From the NCBI GenBank assembly GCA_049969975.1, contig JBMFNW010000001.1, positions 232 to 64,231 on the forward strand: DNA of 64,000 bases, written 5' to 3'. The notes under the pieces are model-generated. The model was not told the origin of the DNA, ran no database searches, and saw only the letters and a list, made by a program, of their open reading frames with translations. Of this stretch, positions 10,106 to 20,457 are shown in pieces. Position numbers and translations under genes: made by a program. The stretch's first letter is position 1; each line of letters opens with the position of its first letter. The stretch is from Candidatus Nanoarchaeia archaeon (lineage in GTDB: Archaea; Nanobdellota; Nanobdellia; UBA10117).

Positions 10106-10812
10106 CAAAATAAGCCAAATCTTTTCTTTTCTACTTTGAAAATTCCATTTTGTCTTATTTCAAAATAAACTTCACGCCCTTCTTTAATCGACCTATGTTT
10201 ATAGATATATGCGCGTCTAAGATTATTTTTTATATCAAGTCCAATAAGGCATTTGGATATGTATTTTAACACATCTCCGCCAACAATGAATGTTTCTTTT
10301 GTTTCAAAATCTGTATAAATATGATCTGTTAGCAAAACAGGAATTTGATGTTTTTTAGCAATTCTTGCAAGTACAGCCAATTGTTCTGCAAGTAGCGCAT
10401 TTGCAATTGTTGCTTCGGTTTCATAACCTCTTTCGAGTCTATAAAGTGCGGCAATCGAGTCGATAATGATTGCTCCTGGCTTTTCTTTTTGAACCAGTTT
10501 GGGCAACTCAGAAATGACTTCACCTTGTTCTTTAAATGAAGTTGGAGTCAAAATTATGATTTTAGAAATTAAATGCTCGTAATTTGACTTCAATTGCTTT
10601 ATTCTTTCGAAAGAAATGCTGTTTTCTGTATCTATAAATATTGTTTTTTTACCCTTTTCGGCTAAGTGCAGTGCAAAAAGTTGCGTAATGTTTGATTTTC
10701 CACTTCCAGGCGGGCCAAATATTGTAGTTACAATGTCGCTTTCAAAGCCGCCATCGAGTAGCCAATCGATGGCTTCAGAGCCCGTACTTACTTTTTCAAC
10801 TGATTTTTCCAT
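10102..10812 (-). CDS. radB: RadB-like recombinase paralog (RecA/KaiC superfamily)
   Basis: 236 aa with Walker A GPPGSGKS and the RecA-fold layout, without the N-terminal HhH domain seen in RadA. Confidence 0.65.
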   Translation of the reverse strand: MEKSVEKVSTGSEAIDWLLDGGFESDIVTTIFGPPGSGKSNITQLFALHLAEKGKKTIFIDTENSISFERIKQLKSNYEHLISKIIILTPTSFKEQGEVISELPKLVQKEKPGAIIIDSIAALYRLERGYETEATIANALLAEQLAVLARIAKKHQIPVLLTDHIYTDFETKETFIVGGDVLKYISKCLIGLDIKNNLRRAYIYKHRSIKEGREVYFEIRQNGIFKVEKKRFGLFC

Positions 10813-10884
10813 TAAATTTATAAAGCAAATAAGCCTTAAAATATAATATATACTAAAGTATATAATTAAAAGTATATAATTAAA

Positions 10885-11127
10885 ATGGTCAGCGCTAAGA
10901 AAAAAGCTTATATGAAAGAGTATAATTCAAGGCCCGAAGTTAAGGCTAGAAAAGCCGCATACATGCGAGCTTTACGCGCTCAGAGGGCCAAACAAGCAGC
11001 AGCAGAAATAGTCAAAACTTTCTTAAATTTTGGTTATGAAAACTTGGCCTTTGAGTATGCAAAAGAGTGTTGCCCAGAACTTTTGCTTACTGTGAAAGCA
11101 AGCACGGCAAAGAAAAAGAACGTTTAA
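10885..11127 (+). CDS. Small basic protein (hypothetical)
   Basis: 80 aa with a K/R/A-rich N-terminus. No recognisable family. Confidence 0.3.
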   Translation: MVSAKKKAYMKEYNSRPEVKARKAAYMRALRAQRAKQAAAEIVKTFLNFGYENLAFEYAKECCPELLLTVKASTAKKKNV

Positions 11128-11187
11128 AAAAGAATTTTTAGGGCATCCACGCGAAAGTTATTTTAAATCTTTGGCTAAATTAAAATT

Positions 11188-13476
11188 ATGGCAAGTATAA
11201 AAAATAAAAAAGAAGTTAAACTAAAAGTTGCTGAAGCTCAACAAGATGATGTTAACAAAGGTATTGTAAGAATAGACAGCCAAATCATGCATAGCTTAGG
11301 AATTTCTCAAGGCGCAATAGTTGAGATTGAAGGTGCTAGGAAAACTGTTGCTGTAGCTGGCAGGGCATTTCCATCAGACATGGGCCTTTCGATTATTAGA
11401 ATGGATGGCCTAACGAGGAAAAATGCAGGGACTTCGATTGGCGAGTATGTAATTGTAAGACCTATAGAAGTTAAAGAAGCAACAATGGTTAAAATCGCAC
11501 CGGTTCAAAGAAATATAATTATACACGGTGCACCCGAACTTTTCAAACGAGCACTTTTGGGAAGAGCGGTGGTTAAAGGCGATATAATTTCACTTGGCGG
11601 AACAAGAAGACGAAGAGTTACAATGTCTGGTACTCCATTTGATGAAATATTTAGAATTGTTGAAGAGGATTTTAATTTTGGCTTTTTTGGAGGGCTTGAC
11701 TTAAAATACTTGGTTGTTTCAACCACACCAAAAGAGCCAGTACTTATTACAACAAATACCGAGCTAGAGATTTTGTCAGAACCAGCTGAGCTAAAAGAAG
11801 AAAAAGTACCCGAAGTTACATACGAAGATATTGGTGGTTTGCAAGAAGAAGTTAGAAAAGTTAGAGAAATGATTGAACTTCCTCTAAAACACCCAGAACT
11901 TTTTGAGACATTAGGAGTTCAGCCACCAAAAGGAGTACTTCTTTATGGACCGCCCGGCACTGGTAAAACACTTATAGCAAAAGCAGTTGCTAACGAAGCT
12001 TCAGCACATTTTATTTCTGTTGCTGGGCCAGAAATTATGAACAAATTTGTTGGAGAAGCAGAGAAAAAACTTAGAGATATATTTGAAGAAGCAGAACGAA
12101 ATGCACCAGCAATTATATTTATTGATGAAATAGATGCAATTGCTCCAAAAAGAGAAGAAAGTTATGGCGAAGTTGAAAGAAGAGTTGTTGCACAATTACT
12201 GGCATTAATGGATGGCCTGAAGGCTAGAGGAAAAGTAATTGTGATCGCAGCAACTAATAGGCCAGATGCACTAGATCCTGCATTAAGGCGTGGCGGACGT
12301 TTTGATAGAGAAATTGAAATTGGCGTTCCAAACAAAGATGGCAGGCTAGAGATATTAAAAATACATACAAGAAATATGCCTTTAGCTAAAGATGTAAATT
12401 TAGAGGAGTTGGCAGAAGCAACACACGGTTTTGTTGGTGCAGATTTAGAAACACTATGCAAAGAAGCTGCGATGGCGGCTCTTCGTAGAATGCTTCCTCA
12501 ATTTAGTTTGAATTTAAAAGAAAATGAAAGAGTGCCGCAAGAAATATTAGAAAAGCTTCATGTTACAAAGGCAGATTTCAAAGATGCACTAAGGCTCGTA
12601 AGACCTTCTGCAATGCGAGAAGTTCTCATAGAAGTTCCTAAAGTAAAGTGGTCTGATATTGGTGGTTTAGAAAAAGTAAAACAAGAAACAAGAGAAGCAA
12701 TAGAGTGGCCTCTGAAAAAGCCAGAAGTATTTAAAAGAATGGGCATTAGACCTCCTAGAGGAATTTTACTTTATGGCCCTCCTGGTTGTGGTAAAACACT
12801 AATAGCAAAAGCGGTTGCAGCAGAGTCGCAAGCCAACTTTATTTATGTCAAAGGTCCAGAAATTTTATCAAAATGGGTTGGAGAGTCTGAAAGAGCTATA
12901 AGAGAAATATTCAAAAGAGCAAGGCAAGTCGCACCGTGTATTATTTTCTTTGACGAACTTGATGCAATTGCTGGACGCAGAGGCGCACTTACGGATACAA
13001 AGGTGACTGAAAGAGTTGTAGACCAGCTTTTGACAGAAATGGATGGCTTAGAAGAACTTTCTGATGTAGTTGTGCTTGGCGCAACAAACAGACCAGAATT
13101 GTTAGATTCCGCTCTTTTGAGACCAGGAAGGTTTGACAGATTTTTACTAGTTCCGCCACCAGATGAAGCTACAAGGCTAGAAATATTTAAAATACACACA
13201 AAAGCAATGCCTTTGGATAAGACAGTTTCACTTTCTGAGTTGGCAAAACGAACAGAAGGTTATTCTGGTGCAGACATAGAGGCAATTTGTAGAGAAGCAG
13301 CTTTTTTTGCATTACGAGAAAACATAGATGCTAAGGTTGTAGCTATAGAACATTTTGAAAAAGCTTTGGAAAAAGTAAAGCCTTCCTTAACAAAAAGAGA
13401 TTTTATAAAATATGCGGAATTAATGGAAGCTGCTAAAAAAGGTGTTTCAGAAAGCACACCTTCATATATGAGCTAA
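11188..13476 (+). CDS. cdc48: Cdc48/VCP-like AAA+ ATPase
   Basis: 762 aa with an N-domain followed by two AAA modules, each with Walker A GPPGTGKT / GPPGCGKT and second-region-of-homology motifs. Confidence 0.9.
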   Translation: MASIKNKKEVKLKVAEAQQDDVNKGIVRIDSQIMHSLGISQGAIVEIEGARKTVAVAGRAFPSDMGLSIIRMDGLTRKNAGTSIGEYVIVRPIEVKEATMVKIAPVQRNIIIHGAPELFKRALLGRAVVKGDIISLGGTRRRRVTMSGTPFDEIFRIVEEDFNFGFFGGLDLKYLVVSTTPKEPVLITTNTELEILSEPAELKEEKVPEVTYEDIGGLQEEVRKVREMIELPLKHPELFETLGVQPPKGVLLYGPPGTGKTLIAKAVANEASAHFISVAGPEIMNKFVGEAEKKLRDIFEEAERNAPAIIFIDEIDAIAPKREESYGEVERRVVAQLLALMDGLKARGKVIVIAATNRPDALDPALRRGGRFDREIEIGVPNKDGRLEILKIHTRNMPLAKDVNLEELAEATHGFVGADLETLCKEAAMAALRRMLPQFSLNLKENERVPQEILEKLHVTKADFKDALRLVRPSAMREVLIEVPKVKWSDIGGLEKVKQETREAIEWPLKKPEVFKRMGIRPPRGILLYGPPGCGKTLIAKAVAAESQANFIYVKGPEILSKWVGESERAIREIFKRARQVAPCIIFFDELDAIAGRRGALTDTKVTERVVDQLLTEMDGLEELSDVVVLGATNRPELLDSALLRPGRFDRFLLVPPPDEATRLEIFKIHTKAMPLDKTVSLSELAKRTEGYSGADIEAICREAAFFALRENIDAKVVAIEHFEKALEKVKPSLTKRDFIKYAELMEAAKKGVSESTPSYMS

Positions 13477-13529
13477 ACTTTAAACAATAAGTAAGATAGT
13501 CTTAAAAAGCTTCAATTTTAAAAATTAGC

Positions 13530-13973
13530 ATGGCAGACGAAGAAAAAGCAGCTGAAAAAGCAGAAGTTAGTGATGCTATAGAAGCAGAAGAAGAGGCTAA
13601 AGAGGATGAAATTAAAGAAGACGAAGAACTACCATTTCCAAGAGCAAGAGTTGTTAAGTTGCTTCGAGAAGAAATAAAAGATAAAATAATTCGCTCCGAA
13701 GTAAAGGATGCTTTAAACATTTGGCTTGGCGAGCTAACTAAAAAACTAGCTCGCGAGATGGCAGCCACACAATATGCATCAGTTTCTTTGGTTGATTTTC
13801 AAAGAGCCACAAAGCCGTATGATATGATTGAGGATATATTAAAAGATGAGCAGAGATTGCTTACTTCTATCCAGAAACTTAAAGAAGATGCAGATTATAT
13901 CCAAAGAGAATTGGCAAGATTTTTTTCTGTCATAAGAGGAAAGAGGCCGGAAGAGCAAAGCCCCAATGCTTGA
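13530..13973 (+). CDS. Histone-fold protein with acidic N-terminal tail and C-terminal extension
   Basis: The central segment LPFPRARVVKLLREE...LGELTKKLAREMAATQYASVSLVDFQRA matches the histone-fold N-terminal helix pattern (compare H2A LQFPVGRVHRLLR or archaeal HMf PIAPIGRIIK). About 37 aa of D/E-rich N-terminus and about 50 aa of C-terminal extension. Confidence 0.6.
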   Translation: MADEEKAAEKAEVSDAIEAEEEAKEDEIKEDEELPFPRARVVKLLREEIKDKIIRSEVKDALNIWLGELTKKLAREMAATQYASVSLVDFQRATKPYDMIEDILKDEQRLLTSIQKLKEDADYIQRELARFFSVIRGKRPEEQSPNA

Positions 13974-16293
13974 ATGCTTGTTTAGACCTTGCGATGCCCG
14001 TATAAGTTCTGAAGGCATTGTGCTTTTAGGTTTAACAACAGAAGGCAAACGAATTGCCATTTTAGATAAACATTATTTGCCGTGGCTTTTAATAGAAGAG
14101 CAGTTTAAGGATGATTTTTTTAAAAAATGTCAGCAAACAAACATAGCACCAGAACATATTCAAGTTGAAGGAAAATATGTAAAGTGCTATTTTAAACCAA
14201 GGGCTTTTTTAAAAGCAGCACAAATTTGCAAAAACGCTGGCTTAAAAGCTTATAATTTTGACATTTCTTTAAGGCGAAGATATTTTGTTGAAGGCCCTGT
14301 TAAATATTTTGCAATAAATAAAGTTTCTGGGACTCCATGGCTCCAAAACACTTTCAAAACAGATATATCTGTAATTTCTGATGAACTTGTTTCTTTGGAA
14401 AGTTATGCCAAACCAAAAATTCTTGCTTTCGACATCGAAACTGCTTCATCTGGAATAGTGCCAAATCCAAAAAAAGATCCAATAATTTCTATTTCTTTAT
14501 ATTCAGATACAACAAAATTGGTTTTAATGTGGAAGCCATTTCCAAAAGCACCTTCCTTTGTTCAATTTTGTAACAGCGAAGCAGAGCTATTAAAGAAATT
14601 TTTTGATTTCGTAAACGAAGCAAATCCAGATCTACTCGTTGGCTATGGCACAGATAACTTCGATTTGGCATATTTGCGCACGCGCGCAAAAAAATATGGT
14701 ATGAGTTTTGATTTTGGTTGGGCTCCAAGCAAAAAAGAAAGAGATTTTGTTGGCTTGCAGTATGCAGACATTTCACGATTTATACGCAGTATTTTAGACT
14801 TAGATGTTAATAGATATGGACTTGATTTGGTTGCCAAAGTTCTTTTAGGTAGCGATAAAGGTAAATTAGCAAATCTTAATCCGGCAAAAATCAATGAGAT
14901 TTGGTCCGTCGGACTTGCAGAAGAATTATGTCTTTTGGCTGAATATAATTTACGAGATTCTCAACTAGTTTATGAAATTACAGAAAGCCTTTTGCCAACT
15001 TGTATAGAACTTAGTAGATTAACTAAGCTTTCACTCAAAGAGGTTCTTTATTCAAGCTATAGCTCTTTAGTCGAATGGTACATAATTGCTAATACAAACA
15101 TACCAATACCACCAAAGCCAACTCAAAAAGAAATATTTGAGAGGTCGAAGAAAACTTTTGAAGGAGGATTTGTTGTTGAGCCTAAAACAGGCCTTCATGA
15201 GAATTTATTCTATTTTGATTTTAGAAGTCTATACCCATCAATTATAGCCACACACAATATAAGCCCAGAAACAATAAATTGCTCTTGTTGCGAACCACAA
15301 AAAGCATATAGTGCAGGTGAAGTTTGGTTTTGTGCAAAAAAAAGCGGTTTTCTGCCCGAATTGGTGAAAGATTTAATAGTGCGAAGAAAGAGGATTAATG
15401 AAATTCTTGCCAAAACACCAAAAAGCTCACAAGAGTATCCTGTGCTTTTTGCAAGACAGCATGCACTGAAGTATATTGCAGCAGCAATTTTTGGCTATTT
15501 AGGATTTGCAGGTTCGAGATTTTATTGTTATGACTGTGCTCGGGCGATTACTTATTTAGGCAGAAAAGTCATCGATTTAACTATTGGAGAGGCTACTAAG
15601 TATGGCTACAGCGTTTTGTATGGTGATACGGATGGCTTTTTTGCACAAGGTCAAAAAGATCCAGTTAAGTTTTTACAAATTATAAATTCAGTGTTGCCAA
15701 AACCAATGGAACTTGAGCTTAAAGCAAAATATTTGGCCGGCTTATTTTTTGGTCGGAAAGCAGGCCAAGGTGGAGCAAAAAAGAGATATGTTTTATTAAA
15801 AGAAGATGGCGAGCTTATATTGCGAGGTGTGGAAGCTGTTAGATCTGATTGGTCAAAATTAGCCAAAGAAACTCAAATAGCAATTTTGCGGGCAATTTTA
15901 ATTGACAAAGATGTAAATAGCGCACTTAAGTATTTGCGCAAAGTTATACAAAATCTAAAAGAAAGAAAAGTTAATTTAGACGATTTAGCACTTACAGCAC
16001 ACTTATCCAAAAAACTTTCAGCATATGCAGCACGCACACCCTATGTTGCAGCGGCAGAACTTGCAAGAGCAAAAGGAATTCCTCTACGAGCGAATTCTGT
16101 TATTAAATATATAGTCACAGAAAGTAAAAGTAAAATTAAGGTTAAATTGCTAGAAGATGCTTCGCTTAGCGATTATGATGTCGATTATTATATAAATCAC
16201 CAAGTTATCAAAGCAGTATACAAAATATTTGAAATATTTGGAATAAGTACTGCAGAATTCAGTGGGCAACAAACGCTTGAAGGCTATGGTTGA
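13966..16293 (+). CDS. polB: DNA polymerase, family B
   Basis: Exonuclease motif FDIET, polymerase motif C YGDTDG and KKRY. 775 aa with no intein-length insertion. Start uncertain, because the ORF overlaps the histone gene's end. Confidence 0.9.
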   Translation: MLECLFRPCDARISSEGIVLLGLTTEGKRIAILDKHYLPWLLIEEQFKDDFFKKCQQTNIAPEHIQVEGKYVKCYFKPRAFLKAAQICKNAGLKAYNFDISLRRRYFVEGPVKYFAINKVSGTPWLQNTFKTDISVISDELVSLESYAKPKILAFDIETASSGIVPNPKKDPIISISLYSDTTKLVLMWKPFPKAPSFVQFCNSEAELLKKFFDFVNEANPDLLVGYGTDNFDLAYLRTRAKKYGMSFDFGWAPSKKERDFVGLQYADISRFIRSILDLDVNRYGLDLVAKVLLGSDKGKLANLNPAKINEIWSVGLAEELCLLAEYNLRDSQLVYEITESLLPTCIELSRLTKLSLKEVLYSSYSSLVEWYIIANTNIPIPPKPTQKEIFERSKKTFEGGFVVEPKTGLHENLFYFDFRSLYPSIIATHNISPETINCSCCEPQKAYSAGEVWFCAKKSGFLPELVKDLIVRRKRINEILAKTPKSSQEYPVLFARQHALKYIAAAIFGYLGFAGSRFYCYDCARAITYLGRKVIDLTIGEATKYGYSVLYGDTDGFFAQGQKDPVKFLQIINSVLPKPMELELKAKYLAGLFFGRKAGQGGAKKRYVLLKEDGELILRGVEAVRSDWSKLAKETQIAILRAILIDKDVNSALKYLRKVIQNLKERKVNLDDLALTAHLSKKLSAYAARTPYVAAAELARAKGIPLRANSVIKYIVTESKSKIKVKLLEDASLSDYDVDYYINHQVIKAVYKIFEIFGISTAEFSGQQTLEGYG

Positions 16294-17167
16294 TTGGCAA
16301 GAAGTTGGGCTATTAACAGCAAAAGTGGCAGAATTTATTAAACCGCATATCAAAGAAGGAGCAAGTGCGTTGGAAATTGCACAAGCTATTGAGGAAAAAA
16401 TATTTGCACTTGGTGCAAAGCCCGCCTTTCCTCCCAACATTTCTATTAATTCGATAGCTGCGCACTACACTCCTGTTTGGAAAGATTCGACAAAATTTGT
16501 AGCAGAAGACCTTGTAAAAATAGATTTTGGTTTGCGTAAAGGGCTTTTTTGCTCGGATATGGCTTTTTCTGTTTCTATCGGCAAAAATCAGCAAAATGAA
16601 GCCTTAATCGATGCTGCGAATACAGCTCTTACAAAAGCAATAACTAAGGCAAAATCAGGTATAATGGTTTGTGAAATTGGAAAAGTTATCGAAACTGTTG
16701 CAAAAGAAAGAGGTTTTTCAGTAATACGAAATTTAACTGGGCATGGTCTGCAAGAAGGCAGCCTTCATGCAGAGCCAACGATACCAAATTTTGATAATGG
16801 GGATAAGACAAAACTTTGCGAAGGTCAAATCATTGCTATTGAGCCTTTTTTAACGACTGGAAAAGGTTTTGTTTCAGAAACAGAGCAATATGAAATTTTT
16901 AGTTTTATAAAAGAAAAACCTATTCGACAAAAAGAAATTCTATCTTTTGTTAAAGCAGAGTATGGGCCTTTCCCATTTGCAAGACGCTGGCTAATAGATA
17001 AATTTGGGCTATTAAAAACAAACATTTTTATCAAAGAAGCTTTGGCTTTAAATGTTATTAAACCTTACAAAGTGTTAAAAGAAGTTAGTGGAGCAAAAGT
17101 AGCTCAAGCAGAACATACAATAAGAATAAATAAAAACAAAACAGAAATTCTTACGAGCCTGCTTTAG
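16262..17167 (+). CDS. map: Methionine aminopeptidase (type 2, archaeal/eukaryotic-like)
   Basis: 301 aa with a pita-bread fold pattern and metal-ligand context (FCSDMAFSV; TGHGLQEGSLHAEP; IAIEPF). Confidence 0.8.
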   Translation: MGNKRLKAMVDWQEVGLLTAKVAEFIKPHIKEGASALEIAQAIEEKIFALGAKPAFPPNISINSIAAHYTPVWKDSTKFVAEDLVKIDFGLRKGLFCSDMAFSVSIGKNQQNEALIDAANTALTKAITKAKSGIMVCEIGKVIETVAKERGFSVIRNLTGHGLQEGSLHAEPTIPNFDNGDKTKLCEGQIIAIEPFLTTGKGFVSETEQYEIFSFIKEKPIRQKEILSFVKAEYGPFPFARRWLIDKFGLLKTNIFIKEALALNVIKPYKVLKEVSGAKVAQAEHTIRINKNKTEILTSLL

Positions 17168-17366
17168 TTTTTAGTATTCGTCTTCTTCTCCTTCTTCTTC
17201 ATCAGGCTCTTCTTCATCAGGCTCTTCTTCATATTCTTCTTCAGGAAACTCTTCTTCTTCATCGAAATCTGGTACCATGGTGTCAAAAAGAGTATTTCTG
17301 GGCTTTTTAAATTTTTCTTTTTTGAATTTCAAAACACTTTTAAAACAGGATAAAAATCTTTTAAAT

Positions 17367-17437
17367 GCGGGGATGGCAGAGCAGCTATGCGCTCGCCTGC
17401 AGAGCGAGATAGGAGGGTGCGACTCCCTCTCCCCGCT
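17367..17437 (+). tRNA. tRNA-Cys (GCA)
   Basis: Acceptor GCGGGGA/TCCCCGC. Anticodon stem CTCGC/GCGAG with loop CTGCAGA. T-stem GAGGG/CCCTC with an atypical T-loop TGCGACT (G at position 55). Short D-arm, no encoded CCA. Lies 26 nt upstream of cysS. Confidence 0.6.
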
Positions 17438-17463
17438 TTAACAGAATTAAACTGACTAGGTGA

Positions 17464-18864
17464 ATGTTGATGGTGAATGTTTATAATACTTTGAGTCGGG
17501 CTAAAGAGCCGCTTGTTGCAATAAATAAAGAGCTTAAACTTTTTGTTTGCGGTCCAACCGTTTATGATTTTGCACATATCGGACATGCTCGCTCATATAC
17601 CGTATATGATGTAATTGTTAAGTATTTAAGATATAAAGGTTTCAAAGTAAAATACATTCAAAATATAACAGACATTGATGATAAAATAATTAATAGAGCA
17701 AAAGAGCTTGGAAAAGAGCCAGCAGATTTAGCAAAACAATTTGAACAAGCCTATTATGAAGATATGGCTTCATTAGGTATAAATTCTGTTGATGCTTATC
17801 TGCCAGCATCAAAACATATTCCCGAAATAATATCTCAAATACAGAGGTTGCTTGAGAAAGGATATGCGTATGTTGCGCCCGATGGAGTTTGGTTTGATGT
17901 ACAAAAATTCAAAGATTATGGTAAACTTTCAAAACAAAATATAGAGGAGTTAAAAAAGCACAGAATTGAGCCGTCTCAATATAAGAAATTTTTTGCAGAT
18001 TTTAGTCTTTGGAAAGCACAAAAACCTGGCGAGCCTGCATGGGATTCGCCGTGGGGAAAAGGAAGACCTGGCTGGCACATAGAAGATACAGCAATTGCAG
18101 AGAAATACTTTGGTCCACAATATGACATGCATGGGGGCGGACAAGATCTTATTTTTCCGCACCATGAAGCTGAAATTGCCCAAATGGAAGCGCTCTCTGG
18201 CAAATCTCCAATGGTTAGGTATTGGCTTCATAATGGTTTTTTGCTAGTAAATGGTGAAAAAATGTCTAAATCTTTGGGCAATTTTGTAACCATAAGAGAT
18301 GCTCTCAAAGAATGGTCTGCAGAAGTTCTTAGGCTATTTTTCTTAAGCACACATTACAGAGCACCAATAAATTACTCAAAAGAAGCTTTACTTAATGCAA
18401 AAAGAAATTATGCCAAATTGCAAGCTTTTGTTCACCGTTTAAACAGCTATCGTACTGAAGCTGTAGAAGTAAAAGAGCAAGCAGATGTTTGGATTAAAGA
18501 TTTTACCGAACATTTTGAAGCTGCAATGGATGACGATTTTAATACTCCACTCGCACTTTCCACACTCCACGCTTTTATGACAAAAGTTAATGCTGCGCTA
18601 GATAAAAAAAGTCTTGATAAGAAAAGTGTTACTAAAATTAAGAGAGTTTTAGGAAAAATAGATAGTATTTTTGGTTTGGGCTTGAAAAAGCTGAAATTGC
18701 CAAAACTTGCAAAGGCCGATTTAGAATTAATAAAGAAAAGAGAGCTTGCAAGAGCACAAAAAGATTGGAAAACCGCAGATGAAATAAGAGCACAACTTAA
18801 ATCTAAAGGCATTATTTTAGAAGACACAGAATTTGGCGTGCTTTGGCGAATTGAAAAGATGTAG
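17464..18864 (+). CDS. cysS: Cysteinyl-tRNA synthetase
   Basis: HIGH motif (FAHIGHARSY), KMSKS (KMSKSLGN) and a Zn-binding Cys context. 466 aa. Confidence 0.9.
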   Translation: MLMVNVYNTLSRAKEPLVAINKELKLFVCGPTVYDFAHIGHARSYTVYDVIVKYLRYKGFKVKYIQNITDIDDKIINRAKELGKEPADLAKQFEQAYYEDMASLGINSVDAYLPASKHIPEIISQIQRLLEKGYAYVAPDGVWFDVQKFKDYGKLSKQNIEELKKHRIEPSQYKKFFADFSLWKAQKPGEPAWDSPWGKGRPGWHIEDTAIAEKYFGPQYDMHGGGQDLIFPHHEAEIAQMEALSGKSPMVRYWLHNGFLLVNGEKMSKSLGNFVTIRDALKEWSAEVLRLFFLSTHYRAPINYSKEALLNAKRNYAKLQAFVHRLNSYRTEAVEVKEQADVWIKDFTEHFEAAMDDDFNTPLALSTLHAFMTKVNAALDKKSLDKKSVTKIKRVLGKIDSIFGLGLKKLKLPKLAKADLELIKKRELARAQKDWKTADEIRAQLKSKGIILEDTEFGVLWRIEKM

Positions 18865-18898
18865 AAAAATATATAAGTTTTAAAAAAAGTTTGAAAAT

Positions 18899-19057
18899 AT
18901 GACTGGGCCACATTCTGGAAAAGCTGGAACTTGCGTTTATTGCGGTGCGCCAGCAACAGATCAATGCCAATTTTGTGGTGCACTGGTTTGCAGAGCTCAC
19001 TTTCATCCTGCAACAGGTGCTTGTACAGCTTGTTTAACTGGAAAAAAAGCAACATAA
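18899..19057 (+). CDS. Small zinc-ribbon protein (52 aa)
   Basis: MTGPHSGKAGTCVYCGAPATDQCQFCGALVCRAHFHPATGACTACLTGKKAT has CxxC...CxxC...C..C. It is below the ORF-track length cutoff and was found by manual translation. Confidence 0.4.
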   Translation: MTGPHSGKAGTCVYCGAPATDQCQFCGALVCRAHFHPATGACTACLTGKKAT

Positions 19058-19095
19058 ATATGTTGCAACAATAGACAATTAATAGCAAGCTGGAA

Positions 19096-20457
19096 TTAGC
19101 CCGTTGGTTTTGTTATGTTAAGATCTTTAACTAATACATGCGGGCACCATGTCGGCTTGCTAACTTCCCAACTCAATATTTGTTTTTGGTCGTTTGCAAT
19201 TGCCGCAATGTTTTTTAGCAAATTTTGCATATTGTCCGAAAGCCTTATTCCTTTAATAGGTTTTAAATGTCCTCTTTCTACTAAAAAGGCAGCATCACGC
19301 GGTATTGTAGAAAAGTCGCCCGTTGCATAATTTTGAAATCTCGTATACCAAAGATTTGTTATGTAAATTCCTTTTTTAATATCTTTTAAAAGAGCATTTG
19401 GCTCTTGGCTGCCAGCTTCCAGAATTATGTTTGTTGGCTCTGGGGCAAAAAGACCTGCATTTGCAGTTGTTTTAGTTTTGTATTTCCTAGCATAAGAGGT
19501 GTTGTAAAGGAAAGTTTTTAGCACACCTTTTTCAATTACTGCAGTTCTTTGTGTTGGCACGCCTTCATCGTCGTATGGGCAAGAGCCAAGGCCGCCAGGC
19601 AGCCTGCCATCATCGTAAATGTTTACAAATTCTGGAGCTATTTTTTGCCCAATTTTATCACTAAACCAAGAAGTGCCTGCTTCAACCGAAAAAATCGATG
19701 TTGCTTGGCCAATACACTCTAGTAACACAGCAAAAGCAAGCGGACTAAATAAAACATCATATTTTCCAGGCACAGCATCACTTGGATTGGCCATAGCTTT
19801 TGCAAACTCTCCAGCTTGTTGACCAGCAGCACTTAGATTGAATTTTTTGAGGCTACACTCCGCAAGCGTTGCATGCCCAGATGAACTTTTGTCTAAAAGT
19901 GCTCTAATTGAGAAATATGCTGCTGTTCCTTTTGTCGAAGTCTTGACATTGCCAGAAGTTAAGAGTACATTTTCTGTCTCTTCAAATTCTAAAATTCCAC
20001 TTGCTCGTTTTGCACCACTTTTAAGTGCAGCATCTATTCCTAAATCTGCAAGCTCAAGAATTTCTTTTTCAGTTATGTTCGAAATTTTTTTATCCCATCT
20101 TTCTGGAATTTCTGAATATTTAAAAGGACCTTCCGCAATTCCAAAATAGTCTGTTTTTGGCTCAAGATGTTGCGCAAAAGTTTCAATGTTTGCAACACAC
20201 GCCGAAATGCTTTTCTCATCGGTAGAATTCAAAGTTGTTGTAAATAATTTTTTGTTAATGTTTACAAAAATATCTATGCTTTCAGATTCGCCTTCTGATA
20301 ATTTTATATTTGCATTGTTTACAAACTTTAACTCATGTTTTTTTCCTCTATTATACATTAGAACTATATCTTGTGCACCCTTTGCACGTAACTTTTGTTC
20401 GATTTTGTCTAAAATGTTTAAAATTTCAGTTTTTTTAATTTCATTTTGCATGCTCAT
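19096..20457 (-). CDS. pmbA: PmbA/TldE-family peptidase partner
   Basis: TldD/PmbA fold signature (GSCPYDDEGVPTQRT). The likely start MSMQNEIKK at 20457 overlaps the upstream tldD stop as ATGA. The track ORF is extended to 20535. Confidence 0.75.
   Translation of the reverse strand: MSMQNEIKKTEILNILDKIEQKLRAKGAQDIVLMYNRGKKHELKFVNNANIKLSEGESESIDIFVNINKKLFTTTLNSTDEKSISACVANIETFAQHLEPKTDYFGIAEGPFKYSEIPERWDKKISNITEKEILELADLGIDAALKSGAKRASGILEFEETENVLLTSGNVKTSTKGTAAYFSIRALLDKSSSGHATLAECSLKKFNLSAAGQQAGEFAKAMANPSDAVPGKYDVLFSPLAFAVLLECIGQATSIFSVEAGTSWFSDKIGQKIAPEFVNIYDDGRLPGGLGSCPYDDEGVPTQRTAVIEKGVLKTFLYNTSYARKYKTKTTANAGLFAPEPTNIILEAGSQEPNALLKDIKKGIYITNLWYTRFQNYATGDFSTIPRDAAFLVERGHLKPIKGIRLSDNMQNLLKNIAAIANDQKQILSWEVSKPTWCPHVLVKDLNITKPTG

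Noticed and set aside
11188-16293. Inteins in Cdc48 or PolB
   Set aside because: Both proteins have ordinary lengths, with contiguous Walker and YGDTDG motifs and no long insertions.
17329-17586. 85-aa minus-strand ORF
   Set aside because: It overlaps tRNA-Cys and the cysS start antisense. It is not protein-like.
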